From Candidatus Nanopelagicales bacterium (GTDB lineage: Bacteria > Actinomycetota > Actinomycetes > S36-B12), in the NCBI GenBank assembly GCA_044336805.1, contig JBIIOS010000002.1:1-41999 (forward strand): 41,999 bases of DNA, written 5' to 3'. How positions within the stretch are numbered: the first letter of the stretch is position 1; each line of letters opens with the position of its first letter. Made by a program: the position numbers and the translations under genes. The notes beneath the pieces were generated by a model. The model was not told the DNA's origin and searched no databases. It saw only the letters and a program-made list of their open reading frames with translations. Of this stretch, positions 27,651 to 39,311 are shown one piece after another.

Positions 27651-28951
27651 TGAAACTGACACCGGTAATTACTGAGCATTGGGACGACCCGGAGCTGTAC
27701 ACACTTGACGGTTACAAAAGTCATGGTGGTTACGAGGCGCTTGCAAAAGCGCTCAAGTCCGACCCCGATGCGATTATTGCAACCGTAAAGGATAGTGGGC
27801 TTCGTGGACGCGGGGGAGCGGGTTTCCCGACCGGATTGAAATGGTCATTTGTTCCACAAAATGACGGCAAGCCACATTACTTAGTGGTTAATGCTGACGA
27901 ATCTGAGCCGGGCGCATGTAAAGACATTCCAATCATGATGGCGAACCCGCATGCATTGATTGAAGGTGTGATCATCACTTCATTCGCTATTCGGGCGAAC
28001 CACGCTTTCATTTATATTCGCGGTGAGGTGCCTGCCGCGATTCGCAAGGTCGCTTTTGCGGTTAAGCAAGCGCGCGCTGCCGGTCTCATCGGGAAAAACA
28101 TTCTGGGGTCAGGGTTTGACCTCGAAGTCACCGTTCACGCTGGCGCCGGTGCCTATATTTGCGGCGAAGAAACAGCGCTCCTTGATTCGCTTGAAGGCTA
28201 CCGCGGACAGCCTCGCTTGAAGCCGCCATTCCCCGCCGTTGCCGGACTATATGCATCACCGACAGTGATTAATAACGTCGAGACGATTGCAAATATCCCA
28301 TACATAGTTGACCGCGGTGTTGAATGGTTCCGCCAGTTTGGAACTGAAAAGTCCCCTGGATTCAAAGTGTTCGCTGTTTCGGGTCACGTACAACGACCAG
28401 GAATCTACGAAGCTCCATTGGGAATCACTATGCGCGAACTTCTCGACTATGCCGGTGGCATGCGTCCGGGCGCCGAACTCAAGTTCTGGCTTCCCGGTGG
28501 ATCCAGTGTTCCCATGTTGACAGCAGAACACCTCGACCTTCCCTTGACCTATGAAGCTATGGCCGAGGCTGGGTCCATGTTGGGCACGGGTACCCCCATG
28601 ATCTTTGACCAAACGGTGTCAGTTGTGAAAGCTGTAACTCGCTGGCTTGAGTTTTATAAGCATGAGTCCTGCGGTAAGTGCACACCGTGCCGCGAGGGCA
28701 CGTACTGGATCACGGGAGTGCTGGAAAAATTTGAGCACGGTCACGGAACCGCTGTCGAGATGGAAACCCTGAACACCCTGTGTGGGCAAATTGCTGGGCG
28801 TTCGTTCTGTGCACTCGGTGACGCCGCTGCAACCCCGTATCCCGCTGCGATCAAATACTTCAGTGATGAATTTACAGCTGCAACTCACACCAGCGCCGAT
28901 GCACAGTTTGACCCAGTTGCTTCATACGTGTTTGCAGGAGCGCGCGCCTAA
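27650..28951 (+). CDS. nuoF: NADH-quinone oxidoreductase subunit F
   Basis: GLRGRGGAGFPTGLKW is the FMN site, GAGAYICGEETALLDSLEG the NADH site, and ESCGKCTPCREG the N3 cluster. ATG 27650 overlaps the nuoE TAA. The track start at 27590 is an over-extension. Confidence 0.96.
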   Translation: MKLTPVITEHWDDPELYTLDGYKSHGGYEALAKALKSDPDAIIATVKDSGLRGRGGAGFPTGLKWSFVPQNDGKPHYLVVNADESEPGACKDIPIMMANPHALIEGVIITSFAIRANHAFIYIRGEVPAAIRKVAFAVKQARAAGLIGKNILGSGFDLEVTVHAGAGAYICGEETALLDSLEGYRGQPRLKPPFPAVAGLYASPTVINNVETIANIPYIVDRGVEWFRQFGTEKSPGFKVFAVSGHVQRPGIYEAPLGITMRELLDYAGGMRPGAELKFWLPGGSSVPMLTAEHLDLPLTYEAMAEAGSMLGTGTPMIFDQTVSVVKAVTRWLEFYKHESCGKCTPCREGTYWITGVLEKFEHGHGTAVEMETLNTLCGQIAGRSFCALGDAAATPYPAAIKYFSDEFTAATHTSADAQFDPVASYVFAGARA

Positions 28952-31305
28952 TGACCATTACGAACCAAACCGAAAAAACGGACACGGTCAATGTAGTTAT
29001 TGATGGCATTGAAATGGAAGTTCCCAAAGGAACACTTGTAATCCGTGCTGCAGAACAAATTGGTATTGAGATTCCTCGCTTTTGTGATCACCCACTGCTT
29101 ACACCGGTTGCCGCCTGCCGCGCCTGTCTCATTGAGATTGACGGAGTTCCCAAGCCTCAACCGGCTTGCGCCCAGGTGCTCTCTGACGGAATGAATGTTC
29201 GGACCCAGCGCTCCTCAGAAATGGCGCGGATTGCCCAAGAGGGCGTCATGGAATTTCTGCTCGTTAATCACCCACTCGATTGCCCGGTGTGTGACAAAGG
29301 TGGCGAGTGCCCTTTGCAAAACCAAGCCATGAGTGTTGGTCGGGCAGAATCGCGCTTTGAGGGTGAAAAACGCACCTTCCCGAAACCGATTAACGTCAAT
29401 GCACAGGTGCTCCTGGATCGTGAGCGTTGTGTTTCATGTGCGCGCTGTACGCGATTCGCCGAAGAAATCGCCGGAGATGCGTCACTGGAGTTGCTGGAGC
29501 GCGGTGCCCAGCAACAGGTGGGTGTCGCAAATGATGAACCATTTGAGTCATATTTCTCCGGAAACGTTGTGCAGATTTGTCCGGTTGGGGCTCTCACCAG
29601 CTCGTCATACCGTTTCCGTTCACGGCCCTTCGATCTAGTTTCGGTACCCACGACCTGCGAACACTGTGCGTCAGGGTGCTCACTTCGTACTGACTATCGC
29701 CGCGGAACCGTCACCCGTCGCCTGGCATGGGATGACCCAGAAGTCAATGAAGAGTGGAGTTGCGACAAGGGTCGATTCGCATTTGCTTACCTGGCAAATG
29801 GTCGTATTGAGTCACCACTCATCCGTGAGAATGGGGAACTTCGCTCGGCATCGTGGCCAGAAGCCATGCACTTTGCTGCTGCGGGACTTGCTGCTGCGGG
29901 AGCATCTGCGGTTCTTGTTGGTGGAAGAGCAACCGTTGAAGATGCTTACGCTTATTCGAAGTTTGCCCGACTTGTCCTGGGTAGTGACAATCTTGATTTC
30001 AGGGCACGGGCCAGCTCAACCGAGGAAGCAGAGTTCCTAGCAGCGCATGTTGCAGGCACGAAGATAGATGTCACCTACAGTGATGTCGAAACTGCTTCAC
30101 AGGTACTGCTGGTCGACTTTGAGCCAGAAGATGAATCACCAATTTTGTTCCTGCGCTTGCGCAAGGGTGTTAAAAGAGGCTTAAAGGTTCACACCGTCGG
30201 GCCGCTTTATTCATTGGGAAGTGAAAAACTTTCGGCAAACTGGATCAAAGCAAATGCTGGTTCTGAAGCACAGGCCATCACTGGCCTTGATGCCGGAGTA
30301 ATCAGCACACTTGATAGCAATTCGATTATTTTCGTCGGAGAGCGAGCAGCGTCCAGCCCAGGTGTGCTTAGTGCAGTTTCAGAATTGGGTTCACAAACTG
30401 GTGCGCGTATCGCTTGGGTGCCTCGGCGTGCAGGTGAGCGGGGTGCCCTCGATGCTGGCGCACTTGCCGGTCTACTCCCCGGGGGTCGACCAATTTCTGA
30501 CTCCACCGCTCGCGCTGAAGTTGCGCAGGTGTGGAACATCGATGCTGATTCTTTGCCAAGCGTTGGACTTACCGGAACCGAATTAGTTACGGCAATTGCG
30601 CAGGGATCAATTAATGCAGTCATAACAGCCGGTGTGGATCCTTCCGATCTACCCAACGGCACTGAGCTACTTGCTGGAATTGACCAAGCTGATTTTGTTG
30701 TGGCTTTAGAGAATCACCATTCGGAGATCACGCAGCGGGCAAGTGTTGTATTCCCTGTGGCGGTTGTCACCGAAAAATCCGGATCCTTTATGAACTGGGA
30801 AGGGCGAAGCAAGCCGTTTAGTGCCGCGTTCCGGGAGGCCCTCACACTCACTGATGCAGGGGTTCTTTCAATGTTGGCGAGCGCAATGGACGTCCAACTA
30901 AGTGGAGATACTCGCGTATTACGCAAGGAGCTAAGTTCACTTAAGTCATGGTCGGGTTCGCGAGCCGCTGTGAACAAACGCGAGATTTCCGCCCCTGTTG
31001 GAACAACATTGGCGACATGGCGACTGCTCATTGACTCTGGTGTTATGCAAGAAGGCGAACCACACTTGGCGGCAACAGCACGCCCATCGGTTGCTTTAAT
31101 TAATGCCGAAATGTTTGAGCGGTTGGGAGCGCCTGAGTTGATCACGGTCACCGGACCAAAAGGCTCAATTACCTTGCCGGCGCAGGTCGCTGAGGTATCA
31201 CATGACAGTGTGTGGCTCCCCATGAACTCACCGGATTCGCATATATATGCCCAACTTGGTTGCGGCTACGGTGACGTAGTGAGCGTTCAGGGAGGTGCCG
31301 CATGA
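28951..31305 (+). CDS. nuoG: NADH-quinone oxidoreductase subunit G
   Basis: Cluster motifs are the 2Fe-2S CDHP...CRAC, the N5 [14 protein letters not shown], the N4 [10 protein letters not shown]...CPVGA, and the molybdopterin-like domain CEHCASGC. Confidence 0.96.
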   Translation: MTITNQTEKTDTVNVVIDGIEMEVPKGTLVIRAAEQIGIEIPRFCDHPLLTPVAACRACLIEIDGVPKPQPACAQVLSDGMNVRTQRSSEMARIAQEGVMEFLLVNHPLDCPVCDKGGECPLQNQAMSVGRAESRFEGEKRTFPKPINVNAQVLLDRERCVSCARCTRFAEEIAGDASLELLERGAQQQVGVANDEPFESYFSGNVVQICPVGALTSSSYRFRSRPFDLVSVPTTCEHCASGCSLRTDYRRGTVTRRLAWDDPEVNEEWSCDKGRFAFAYLANGRIESPLIRENGELRSASWPEAMHFAAAGLAAAGASAVLVGGRATVEDAYAYSKFARLVLGSDNLDFRARASSTEEAEFLAAHVAGTKIDVTYSDVETASQVLLVDFEPEDESPILFLRLRKGVKRGLKVHTVGPLYSLGSEKLSANWIKANAGSEAQAITGLDAGVISTLDSNSIIFVGERAASSPGVLSAVSELGSQTGARIAWVPRRAGERGALDAGALAGLLPGGRPISDSTARAEVAQVWNIDADSLPSVGLTGTELVTAIAQGSINAVITAGVDPSDLPNGTELLAGIDQADFVVALENHHSEITQRASVVFPVAVVTEKSGSFMNWEGRSKPFSAAFREALTLTDAGVLSMLASAMDVQLSGDTRVLRKELSSLKSWSGSRAAVNKREISAPVGTTLATWRLLIDSGVMQEGEPHLAATARPSVALINAEMFERLGAPELITVTGPKGSITLPAQVAEVSHDSVWLPMNSPDSHIYAQLGCGYGDVVSVQGGAA

Positions 31306-32645
31306 GTGGTTCTTCATTCGGTTTTTTTGGAACTGACCCCTGGTGGATGGTAATTCTTAAGGCTGTTGCCATTTTTGGAATGTTGGTTGTATTAACTTTG
31401 TTCACCATTTGGTGGGAGCGTCGGGTTGTTTCCCGCATGCAAAACCGAATCGGTCCGAACCGGGTTGGTCCTGCTGGTTTATTGCAGTCCCTCATGGACG
31501 GTTTCAAACTTGCTTTCAAAGAGGAAATTATTCCTAAATCGGCGCACGTTGCCGTGTACTGGATTGCACCGGTTATCTCGGCCACGGCAGCTTTCTTGGC
31601 TTTTGCCGTAATCCCGTTTGGTCCAACCGTCTCAATTTTCGGTGTTGAAACACCACTGCAATTGACAGACTTCCCGGTCTCGGTGCTGTACGTCTTGGCT
31701 ATAGCTTCGGTTGGTGTTTACGGCTTGGTTTTGGCCGGGTGGTCCTCCGGTTCGACCTACCCGCTCCTCGGTGGACTACGGTCGACCGCTCAAGTCATTT
31801 CCTATGAAATCGCAATGGGTCTGTCATTCGTGGCGGTGTTCCTTTTTGCTGGTTCCATGTCAACTTCGGAGATCATCGCAAAACAGCAACCAATCTGGTT
31901 TGCCGTGATTTTGTTGCCCTCATTTTTAATCTATGTCACATCCATGGTGGGCGAAACTAACCGCGCACCCTTTGACCTTCCTGAAGCAGAGGGTGAACTG
32001 GTTGGTGGATTCCACACCGAATATTCATCACTCAAGTTCGCCATGTTCTTCCTGGCTGAGTACATCAACATGGTCACGGTCTCCGCGCTCGCAGCCACAC
32101 TTTTCCTGGGTGGTTGGCTTGCTCCATGGCCCATTTCATTGTGGGATTCCGCAAATGTTGGCTGGTGGCCAATTCTTTGGTGGCTGCTCAAAGTCCAATT
32201 GTTTATCTTCATGTTCATTTGGCTTCGTGCCACACTTCCACGGTTGCGCTATGACCAGTTCATGAAATTCGGATGGAAGGTCTTGATTCCTGCATCCCTG
32301 GGGTGGATTTTCATCGTCGCAACAGCCCGCGTTTTCCGTGACGACTTCGCTTTCAGTAACCAGCAATTACTCATCGCCGGTGCTGTAGTCATCGCTTTGC
32401 TATTAATCGGATCCTGGCTTCTGCAGATTCGTTCTGATCGCAAGCAGGCGGTCATCGAGGCCGAGTTCGAGCAGGCTCTCAGTGTTCCATTTGACGCCAT
32501 GGCCGGTGGCCACCCAGTTCCACCGATGCCGGGACAGGTTCTTGCTTACACCCCGCGACGGGTTCTCGCTGCACAAGCGGTAGCGGGTCAAGTGATTCCT
32601 CCGGCTATTGATTCAGCCCCAATTGAGGAGACTCCCCATGCCTGA
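31302..32645 (+). CDS. nuoH: NADH-quinone oxidoreductase subunit H
   Basis: Family motifs are [45 protein letters not shown] and [13 protein letters not shown]. The long C-terminal extension is typical of actinobacteria. Confidence 0.95.
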   Translation: MSGSSFGFFGTDPWWMVILKAVAIFGMLVVLTLFTIWWERRVVSRMQNRIGPNRVGPAGLLQSLMDGFKLAFKEEIIPKSAHVAVYWIAPVISATAAFLAFAVIPFGPTVSIFGVETPLQLTDFPVSVLYVLAIASVGVYGLVLAGWSSGSTYPLLGGLRSTAQVISYEIAMGLSFVAVFLFAGSMSTSEIIAKQQPIWFAVILLPSFLIYVTSMVGETNRAPFDLPEAEGELVGGFHTEYSSLKFAMFFLAEYINMVTVSALAATLFLGGWLAPWPISLWDSANVGWWPILWWLLKVQLFIFMFIWLRATLPRLRYDQFMKFGWKVLIPASLGWIFIVATARVFRDDFAFSNQQLLIAGAVVIALLLIGSWLLQIRSDRKQAVIEAEFEQALSVPFDAMAGGHPVPPMPGQVLAYTPRRVLAAQAVAGQVIPPAIDSAPIEETPHA

Positions 32646-33207
32646 GTTACCACCCGCAGTTCGCGGATTTGGAGTGACCTTCGGAACCATCTTTAAAAAG
32701 GTAGTGACGGAGCAGTACCCAGAAGATGCAAGTAAGTACCCACCAAAGCCTCGTTTTCACGGACGTCACCAACTCAATCGTTGGGCCGACGGTTTAGAGA
32801 AATGCATTGGTTGTGAACTGTGCGCATGGGCGTGTCCAGCTGATGCAATCTTTGTTCAAGGCGCTGACAACAGTGATGAAGAACGCTACTCGCCGGGTGA
32901 GCGGTACGGCCGGGTCTACCAAATCAATTACACCCGCTGTATTTTCTGTGGGCTATGCATTGAAGCGTGCCCAACTCGAGCTCTCACAATGACCAATGAA
33001 TTTGAACTAGCAGATAACAACCGCGCCGATCTAATTTATGAAAAGCAGGATCTGTTGGGACCGATGCTGCCAGGGATGCTCGCTCCACCCCATGAAATGG
33101 TGCCAGGAACAACCGATACTGATTATTACGCCAACAGGATCACCGGAGCAGTGCTCGATCAAGTTGTGCCCGAACAAGCAGTTCATGAACAAGGTGGTGT
33201 TGCATGA
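32638..33207 (+). CDS. nuoI: NADH-quinone oxidoreductase subunit I
   Basis: Two 4Fe-4S ferredoxin motifs are present: [12 protein letters not shown] and [15 protein letters not shown] 32638 overlaps the nuoH end by 8 nt. The track start at 32608 is an over-extension. Confidence 0.95.
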   Translation: MPELPPAVRGFGVTFGTIFKKVVTEQYPEDASKYPPKPRFHGRHQLNRWADGLEKCIGCELCAWACPADAIFVQGADNSDEERYSPGERYGRVYQINYTRCIFCGLCIEACPTRALTMTNEFELADNNRADLIYEKQDLLGPMLPGMLAPPHEMVPGTTDTDYYANRITGAVLDQVVPEQAVHEQGGVA

Positions 33208-33977
33208 GCATTGACGGCGAACTCGTTGTCTTTATTATTTGCGGCGGCCTATCGGTTGTTGGCGCACTTGGCATGGTGCTCTCGCGCAAGGCCGTGCATT
33301 CAGCGCTTTTCATTGCAATGGTCATGATCAACCTCGCGATTCTCTACATTGCAAATTCAGCCCCCTTCCTCGGCATGGTTCAAATCATTGTTTACACGGG
33401 TGCAGTCATGATGCTGTTCCTCTTTGTTCTGATGGTGGTTGGCGTTGACTCCTCAGATTCGTTGATTGAAACCATTCGCGGGCAGAGACTTTTTGGCATC
33501 TTGTTCGGGGTGGCACTCGCCGTTCTGCTTGTTGGTGGGATCGGAAGCGCGATAAGTGGGAAGGCTGACATTGGACTTATTGCAGCCAATGATGAGTTCG
33601 GTGGCAATGTTGAAGGTATCGCCGATTTGATTTTTAGTGACTACCTCTTTGCATTCCAAGCAACGGCGGCCCTGCTGATTACAGCAGGCCTTGGAGCTGT
33701 GATCCTGACGCATCGTGAGGCATGGAGACCAAAAGCAACCCAGAAGGAACTGTCCGTTGCTCGCTTTATGGTTGGCGCGGGGCACCCGGGTAATAAACCA
33801 AATCCAGGCGTTTACGCCCGACACAATGCGGTAAATACCCCAGCCATTTTGCCCGATGGTTCATTGGCGCTGGACAGCGTCCCCGAACCTGTCCGGTCAC
33901 GTGATGACTCGTTGATCATCGACCATCGAGTTGTGTCAACAGTTGTTGAACTGGTCGAAAGCGAGGACCAGAACTAA
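33204..33977 (+). CDS. nuoJ: NADH-quinone oxidoreductase subunit J
   Basis: It is a hydrophobic ND6-like protein with [20 protein letters not shown]. The start forms an ATGA overlap with nuoI. Its operon position also fits. Confidence 0.92.
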   Translation: MSIDGELVVFIICGGLSVVGALGMVLSRKAVHSALFIAMVMINLAILYIANSAPFLGMVQIIVYTGAVMMLFLFVLMVVGVDSSDSLIETIRGQRLFGILFGVALAVLLVGGIGSAISGKADIGLIAANDEFGGNVEGIADLIFSDYLFAFQATAALLITAGLGAVILTHREAWRPKATQKELSVARFMVGAGHPGNKPNPGVYARHNAVNTPAILPDGSLALDSVPEPVRSRDDSLIIDHRVVSTVVELVESEDQN

Positions 33978-34276
33978 TGGATCCCATTTATTACATCTAC
34001 TTGGCAACACTGCTGTTCAGCATTGGCGCTATTGGGGTACTCGTTCGCCGTAACGCAATCATTGTGTTTATGTCGGTTGAACTCATGCTCAACGCCGCGA
34101 ACTTAGTTTTCGTGGCATTCGCCCGCATGAATGGGAATCTTGACGGTCAAACCGTCGCGTTTTTTGTCATGGTTGTTGCCGCGGCCGAAGTTGTTGTTGG
34201 TCTCGCGATCATCGTTCAAGTTTTCCGCACCAGGCAGTCAGCATCAATTGACGAGCCGAATTTGTTGAAGTACTAA
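33977..34276 (+). CDS. nuoK: NADH-quinone oxidoreductase subunit K
   Basis: The 99-aa product has 3 TM helices, with [32 protein letters not shown]. Confidence 0.94.
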   Translation: MDPIYYIYLATLLFSIGAIGVLVRRNAIIVFMSVELMLNAANLVFVAFARMNGNLDGQTVAFFVMVVAAAEVVVGLAIIVQVFRTRQSASIDEPNLLKY

Positions 34277-34318
34277 CCCAAATAACTGACCACTTAACAC
34301 CGAGGAATAGGACCAAAC

Positions 34319-36208
34319 GTGACCGTTATGCCAGCAGAGGGGCTTTTCTCCCTTATGTGGCTTCTCATTGCGTTGCCACTGGCGGGTGCAGCAATTTTGT
34401 TGTTTACCGGTCGGCGCTCCAATGCGTGGGGCCCCTACCTGGGGGTATTCACCGTATGTGCGTCAGCTGTCTTAGGTGTCCTGCTCTTAATCGAGATGAT
34501 GGGGCTACCGACCGAGGAAAGAACTATTACCCAGGTCGCCTATCAGTGGGTTTTCATTGGCAATTTCAGTGTTGATTTAGCTTTTCAACTCGATCAACTC
34601 TCAATGGTTTTCATTCTGCTCATCACCATTGTTGGTTCCTTGATCCATATTTACTCCCTGGGGTACATGGCCCACGATCCTGATAAGCGCAAATTCTTCG
34701 GTTACCTCAACCTTTTTGTTGCTGCGATGCTGCTGCTCGTAATGGCAAACAACTACCTGTTGCTCTACGTTGGTTGGGAAGGTGTGGGTGTTGCGAGTTA
34801 CCTTCTTATTGGTTTCTGGCAGTACAAGCGTTCGGCAGCAGCTGCAGCAAAGAAAGCTTTCATTATCAACCGCGTCGGCGACGTCGGTTTGAGCCTTGCC
34901 ATCATGTTGATGTTCGTAACATTTGGCTCCGTCACTTTCTCTGACGTCTTCGGTTCCGCAACCCAGGCAAGTGAGGGGACACTGACCGCGATCGGACTCC
35001 TTCTGCTTCTCGCTGCGGCAGGCAAGTCGGCCCAATTCCCACTGCAGGCGTGGCTCCTCGACGCAATGGAAGGCCCCACACCTGTTTCAGCACTGATTCA
35101 CGCTGCAACCATGGTCACGGCAGGCGTGTATTTGATCGCGCGAAGTAACGTGATCTACAACAACGCTGAATTAGCCGCTACGGCTGTCATTGTCGTTGCC
35201 CTGATTACCATCTTCATGGGCGCAATTATTGGTTCGGCAAAAGACGATATTAAGAAGGCACTCGCTGGATCCACCATGAGTCAGATCGGATACATGATGC
35301 TCGCGGTGGGACTTGGCCCGATCGGTTACGTATTTGCAATCTTCCACTTACTCACCCACGGAGTTTTCAAGGCAGGGCTTTTCCTTGGAGCCGGCTCGGT
35401 CATGCACGGGATGAATGACAACGTAAACATGCGTCGTTATGGTGCCCTGCGATCGGTCATGGTGATCACCTTTATAACCTTTATGGCCGGTTACCTCGCG
35501 ATCATCGGAATCCCACCATTCTCAGGCTTCTGGTCCAAGGACGAAATCATTCACGCTGCATTCGAGCGCAGTTGGTTTATCGGTGGAGCCGCGGTACTCG
35601 CGGCAGGTATCACCGGTTTTTATATGACCCGAATGGTCGCGATGACCTTCTTCGGCAAAAAGCGTTGGGAAAGCGACGCCCACCCGCATGAGTCACCAGC
35701 CATCATGACCATCCCACTCATTATCTTGGCACTTGGCTCAACGTTCCTCGGAATGGCTCTGCTCTTCTGGGGAGACATTGAGAGTTGGTTGGAGCCGGTC
35801 GTTGGCTACGAAAGTGAACCAACGCCTTTGCCAACTAGCGCCTATATCGTGATCACGCTGGTGTTTATCATTATCGGCTCAATCATCGGCTGGATCACCT
35901 ACGCCCGACGTGAGGTGCCCATTGAAGCGCCACAGGGCAATTGGCTCACTCGCGCAGCGCGCAAGGATCTATACGGAGACGCAGTCAACTACGCACTGGT
36001 AGTGGCTCCGACCAATTACGCGGCGAGGGCACTCGTGTGGTTTGACTCGCGCATAGTGGACGGTTCTGTCAACGGGTCAGCAGCGATTGTCGGCGGTCTC
36101 TCCGGTCGAATGCGTCGAACTCAATCTGGATTTATTCGATCGTATGCATTGTCCATGGTGGGTGGAGCCGTTTTGGTGCTTCTGGCTCTAGTGTTGGTGA
36201 GGATCTAG
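34319..36208 (+). CDS. nuoL: NADH-quinone oxidoreductase subunit L
   Basis: [15 protein letters not shown] and [32 protein letters not shown] are ND5 signatures. GTG 34319 lies 11 nt after GAGGAA. ATG 34328 is an alternative start. Confidence 0.95.
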   Translation: MTVMPAEGLFSLMWLLIALPLAGAAILLFTGRRSNAWGPYLGVFTVCASAVLGVLLLIEMMGLPTEERTITQVAYQWVFIGNFSVDLAFQLDQLSMVFILLITIVGSLIHIYSLGYMAHDPDKRKFFGYLNLFVAAMLLLVMANNYLLLYVGWEGVGVASYLLIGFWQYKRSAAAAAKKAFIINRVGDVGLSLAIMLMFVTFGSVTFSDVFGSATQASEGTLTAIGLLLLLAAAGKSAQFPLQAWLLDAMEGPTPVSALIHAATMVTAGVYLIARSNVIYNNAELAATAVIVVALITIFMGAIIGSAKDDIKKALAGSTMSQIGYMMLAVGLGPIGYVFAIFHLLTHGVFKAGLFLGAGSVMHGMNDNVNMRRYGALRSVMVITFITFMAGYLAIIGIPPFSGFWSKDEIIHAAFERSWFIGGAAVLAAGITGFYMTRMVAMTFFGKKRWESDAHPHESPAIMTIPLIILALGSTFLGMALLFWGDIESWLEPVVGYESEPTPLPTSAYIVITLVFIIIGSIIGWITYARREVPIEAPQGNWLTRAARKDLYGDAVNYALVVAPTNYAARALVWFDSRIVDGSVNGSAAIVGGLSGRMRRTQSGFIRSYALSMVGGAVLVLLALVLVRI

Positions 36209-37767
36209 TGAATACGTATCCCTGGTTAACCACAATGGCTCTGCTTCCACTGGTGGGCAGTGTGATTGTTGTTTTATTGCCCAAACACAATGAAAAACTC
36301 GCCAAGATTGTGGCTTTGGCGTTCTCACTGGCAACCCTGCTCACCGTGATTGCAATGGCACTGAACTTCGAGGCGAATTCACAGGAAGTTTTCCAATTTG
36401 CTGAGAGTTACACCTGGATTCCAGCCTTCGGTATTAACTTCTCATTAGGAGTTGATGGAATCGCCCTAGTGTTGATCGCACTAGCGGCAACTCTGGTCCC
36501 CGTTGTTATTTTGGGCGGCTGGAATGAAGCTTCGAATTCCCAAGGAAGCGTGAAGGGCTACTTCGCGCTAATTCTGGTTCTTGAGTCACTCATGATCGGT
36601 GTTTTCGCCGCGACCGATGTTTTCCTGTTCTATGTCTTCTTTGAAGCAATGTTGATTCCGGTCTACTTCATGATTGGTCGCTACGGCGGTCCGCAAAGGT
36701 CCTACGCCGCTGTGAAGTTCCTGATTTACAGTTTGGTTGGTGGACTGTTTATGTTGGCCGCGGTAATTGGGCTCTACGTTGTTTCAGCCCAGATCACGGG
36801 AACCGGAACATTTGACTTCACCACTTTGGTCGGTCTTGATATTGATCCTGATATCCAGAAGTTATTGTTCCTCGGATTCTTTTTTGCCTTTGCCATCAAA
36901 GCCCCCCTTTGGCCATTTCACACCTGGCTGCCTGACGCCGCCGGGCAAGCCCAGCCCGGCACCTCGGTACTGCTGATTGGCGTTCTGGACAAGGTGGGAA
37001 CTTTTGGCATGATCCGTTATTGCCTCGAAATTTTCCCGGCCGCCAGCACTTTCTATGCACCGGTCGTGATCGCAATTGCTGTGATCGGCATCTTCTATGG
37101 CGGATTCTTGGCACTCAAACAGACTGATATGCGCCGACTCTTCGCTTACTCGTCCATGTCCCACTTCGGGATCATCACTCTGGGAATTTTCGTCTTCACA
37201 TCGATTGGTCAATCCGGATCCGTGATCTACATGGTTGCGCACGGTTTAAGCACTGCCGGATTGTTTATTGCGGCGGGTTACCTCATGTCACGGCGGGGTG
37301 GCTCAGCGCAGCTCTCCTCATTCGGCGGAGTTAACAAGGTCGCACCAGTTTTGGCAGGCTTCTTCCTGATCGCCGCCCTATCAAGCTTGGCCCTGCCCGG
37401 AATGGTCTCCTTCATTGGTGAGTTCATGGTCTTGCTTGGTGCCTTCCAGCAATACATGTGGGTTGGTGCGATCGCTACCCTCGGAATTGTGCTCACCGCC
37501 GCCTATGTCTTGCGGGTCTACCAGAAGAGCATGACCGGACCACTCAACCCAGAGTGTGAAGGAATGAAAGATCTCAATGGTCGAGAGATCACCGCGCTTG
37601 TCCCCATTGCCGCGTTGATCCTTGTGCTCGGTGTATTCCCAGCACCCTTACTCAACGTGATCAATCCGGCGGTAGATCGACTCATGACCACCGTTGGTGT
37701 AACCGACCCGGAGGTCACGTACCCGATCTTGAGTGTCCCGGCATCCAATGAAGGGGGCTCCGAGTGA
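36208..37767 (+). CDS. nuoM: NADH-quinone oxidoreductase subunit M
   Basis: FAIKAPLWPFHTWLPDA is the ND4 signature. The protein is polytopic. The GTG start overlaps the nuoL stop. Confidence 0.95.
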   Translation: MNTYPWLTTMALLPLVGSVIVVLLPKHNEKLAKIVALAFSLATLLTVIAMALNFEANSQEVFQFAESYTWIPAFGINFSLGVDGIALVLIALAATLVPVVILGGWNEASNSQGSVKGYFALILVLESLMIGVFAATDVFLFYVFFEAMLIPVYFMIGRYGGPQRSYAAVKFLIYSLVGGLFMLAAVIGLYVVSAQITGTGTFDFTTLVGLDIDPDIQKLLFLGFFFAFAIKAPLWPFHTWLPDAAGQAQPGTSVLLIGVLDKVGTFGMIRYCLEIFPAASTFYAPVVIAIAVIGIFYGGFLALKQTDMRRLFAYSSMSHFGIITLGIFVFTSIGQSGSVIYMVAHGLSTAGLFIAAGYLMSRRGGSAQLSSFGGVNKVAPVLAGFFLIAALSSLALPGMVSFIGEFMVLLGAFQQYMWVGAIATLGIVLTAAYVLRVYQKSMTGPLNPECEGMKDLNGREITALVPIAALILVLGVFPAPLLNVINPAVDRLMTTVGVTDPEVTYPILSVPASNEGGSE

Positions 37768-39299
37768 ATACATTCACCGCACCGGAAATCGACTATGTAG
37801 CGATTGCGCCCATCCTCATTGTCGCGATTGCTGCATTGCTCTCAGTGTTGACCGAAACCTTCTTACCTCGCTCTGTGCGCCGAACCGTCCAAATAATATT
37901 GACGTTCATTTCGTTAGTTGGCGCACTTGTTGTTCTGGTGATCAACCGAGATATTCGCACAATTACCGGTGGCGGAGCAGTAGCAATTGATGGTCCAGCG
38001 CTTGTCCTTATGGGCACAATCCTGGTTCTTTCATTGCTGAGCGCATTTTTAATCGCTGAGCGTTCCTTGGATAGTTTGGGTGATTCATTCGCTCCCAGCG
38101 CTGCCGCGCTTCCAGGATCAGTTGATGAACGCGAATATTCTGCGCGCGGCTACTTCCAAACTGAAATTTGGACACTGTTCCTTTTTGCCGTGCTAGGAAT
38201 GCTTGCCTTCGTGGTCGCTAATGACCTGCTCATCATGTTCGTGGCCCTTGAAGTTATGTCACTGCCGCTTTACCTCATGGTTGGCATGGCCCGCCGTCGG
38301 CGGCTTCTATCACAAGAGGCAGCACTGAAGTACTTCGTGCTGGGCGCGTTTTCATCCGCTTTCTTTATTTTCGGCGCAGGTTTGGTTTATGGCTTCGCCG
38401 GCTCGATCTCCCTGCCTAAAATCCATGACGCACTTGCCTCGACCACAGAGGAAACCCTTCTGATCGTGATCGGCATGGCAATGCTCCTCGTAGGTTTACT
38501 TTTCAAAGTGGGTGCGGTTCCATTCCACCAATGGACACCCGACGTCTACCAAGGTGCACCAACCCCCATCACTGCATTTATGGGCGCAACGGTCAAGGTC
38601 GCCGCATTTGGCGCCATGATGCGCTTGCTATACGTCGCATTCTCGGGAATTCAATGGGACTGGGAGATCATCCTCTGGGTAGTTTCAATTCTGAGCATGA
38701 TCGTTGGTTCCCTGATCGCACTCACTCAAAGCGACATTAAGCGAATGCTTGCTTACTCGGCGATCGCCCAAAGCGGTTTCATCTTGGTGGGTGTTGTCGC
38801 GGCAAGTCCATCGGGTATTTCGGCCGTTATGTTTTATTTGATCGCCTATGGGCTAGTTACCGTCGGCACCTTGGCAGTTATTTCCATGGTTCGTGATTCA
38901 ACCGGTGAGGCCACCCACCTCTCCAAATGGGCTGGCCTAGGCAAGAAGTCTCCTATGCTGGGTGCGGTCATGGCGATATTCATGCTCTCACTCGCCGGTA
39001 TCCCGCTGACGAGTGGTTTTGTGATCAAATTCAGTGTGTTTGCGGCTGGAATAGCTGAGGGGGACACATGGCTGGTTATCGCAGCCGTCGTGGCCAGCAT
39101 CATTGCCGCCTTCTTCTACGTCCGTGTGATTGTGGTCATGTTCTTCTCATCACCGAATGAAAACACGGCCTCGGTTGCGGTGCCTTCAATCTTTACCACC
39201 ATCACGGTTGCGGCTACCGTCACGGCGACCATGGTGCTCGGAATAATCCCGCAACCCATGATTGACCTCTTGACAAATGCCGGAATCTTCATCAGGTAG
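37764..39299 (+). CDS. nuoN: NADH-quinone oxidoreductase subunit N
   Basis: FKVGAVPFHQWTPDVYQGAPTP is the ND2 signature. The start forms a GTGA overlap with nuoM. Confidence 0.95.
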   Translation: MNTFTAPEIDYVAIAPILIVAIAALLSVLTETFLPRSVRRTVQIILTFISLVGALVVLVINRDIRTITGGGAVAIDGPALVLMGTILVLSLLSAFLIAERSLDSLGDSFAPSAAALPGSVDEREYSARGYFQTEIWTLFLFAVLGMLAFVVANDLLIMFVALEVMSLPLYLMVGMARRRRLLSQEAALKYFVLGAFSSAFFIFGAGLVYGFAGSISLPKIHDALASTTEETLLIVIGMAMLLVGLLFKVGAVPFHQWTPDVYQGAPTPITAFMGATVKVAAFGAMMRLLYVAFSGIQWDWEIILWVVSILSMIVGSLIALTQSDIKRMLAYSAIAQSGFILVGVVAASPSGISAVMFYLIAYGLVTVGTLAVISMVRDSTGEATHLSKWAGLGKKSPMLGAVMAIFMLSLAGIPLTSGFVIKFSVFAAGIAEGDTWLVIAAVVASIIAAFFYVRVIVVMFFSSPNENTASVAVPSIFTTITVAATVTATMVLGIIPQPMIDLLTNAGIFIR

Positions 39300-39311
39300 T
39301 ACCGTGATCAC

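Noticed and set aside
24057-39299. Pervasive 1-8 nt start/stop overlaps in nuoA-N, long C-terminal extensions of NuoH and NuoJ, and the N-terminal extension of NuoC.
   Set aside because: Translational coupling and these extensions are normal for actinobacterial complex I operons. The only gap, the 42 nt between nuoK and nuoL, carries a GAGGAA RBS.
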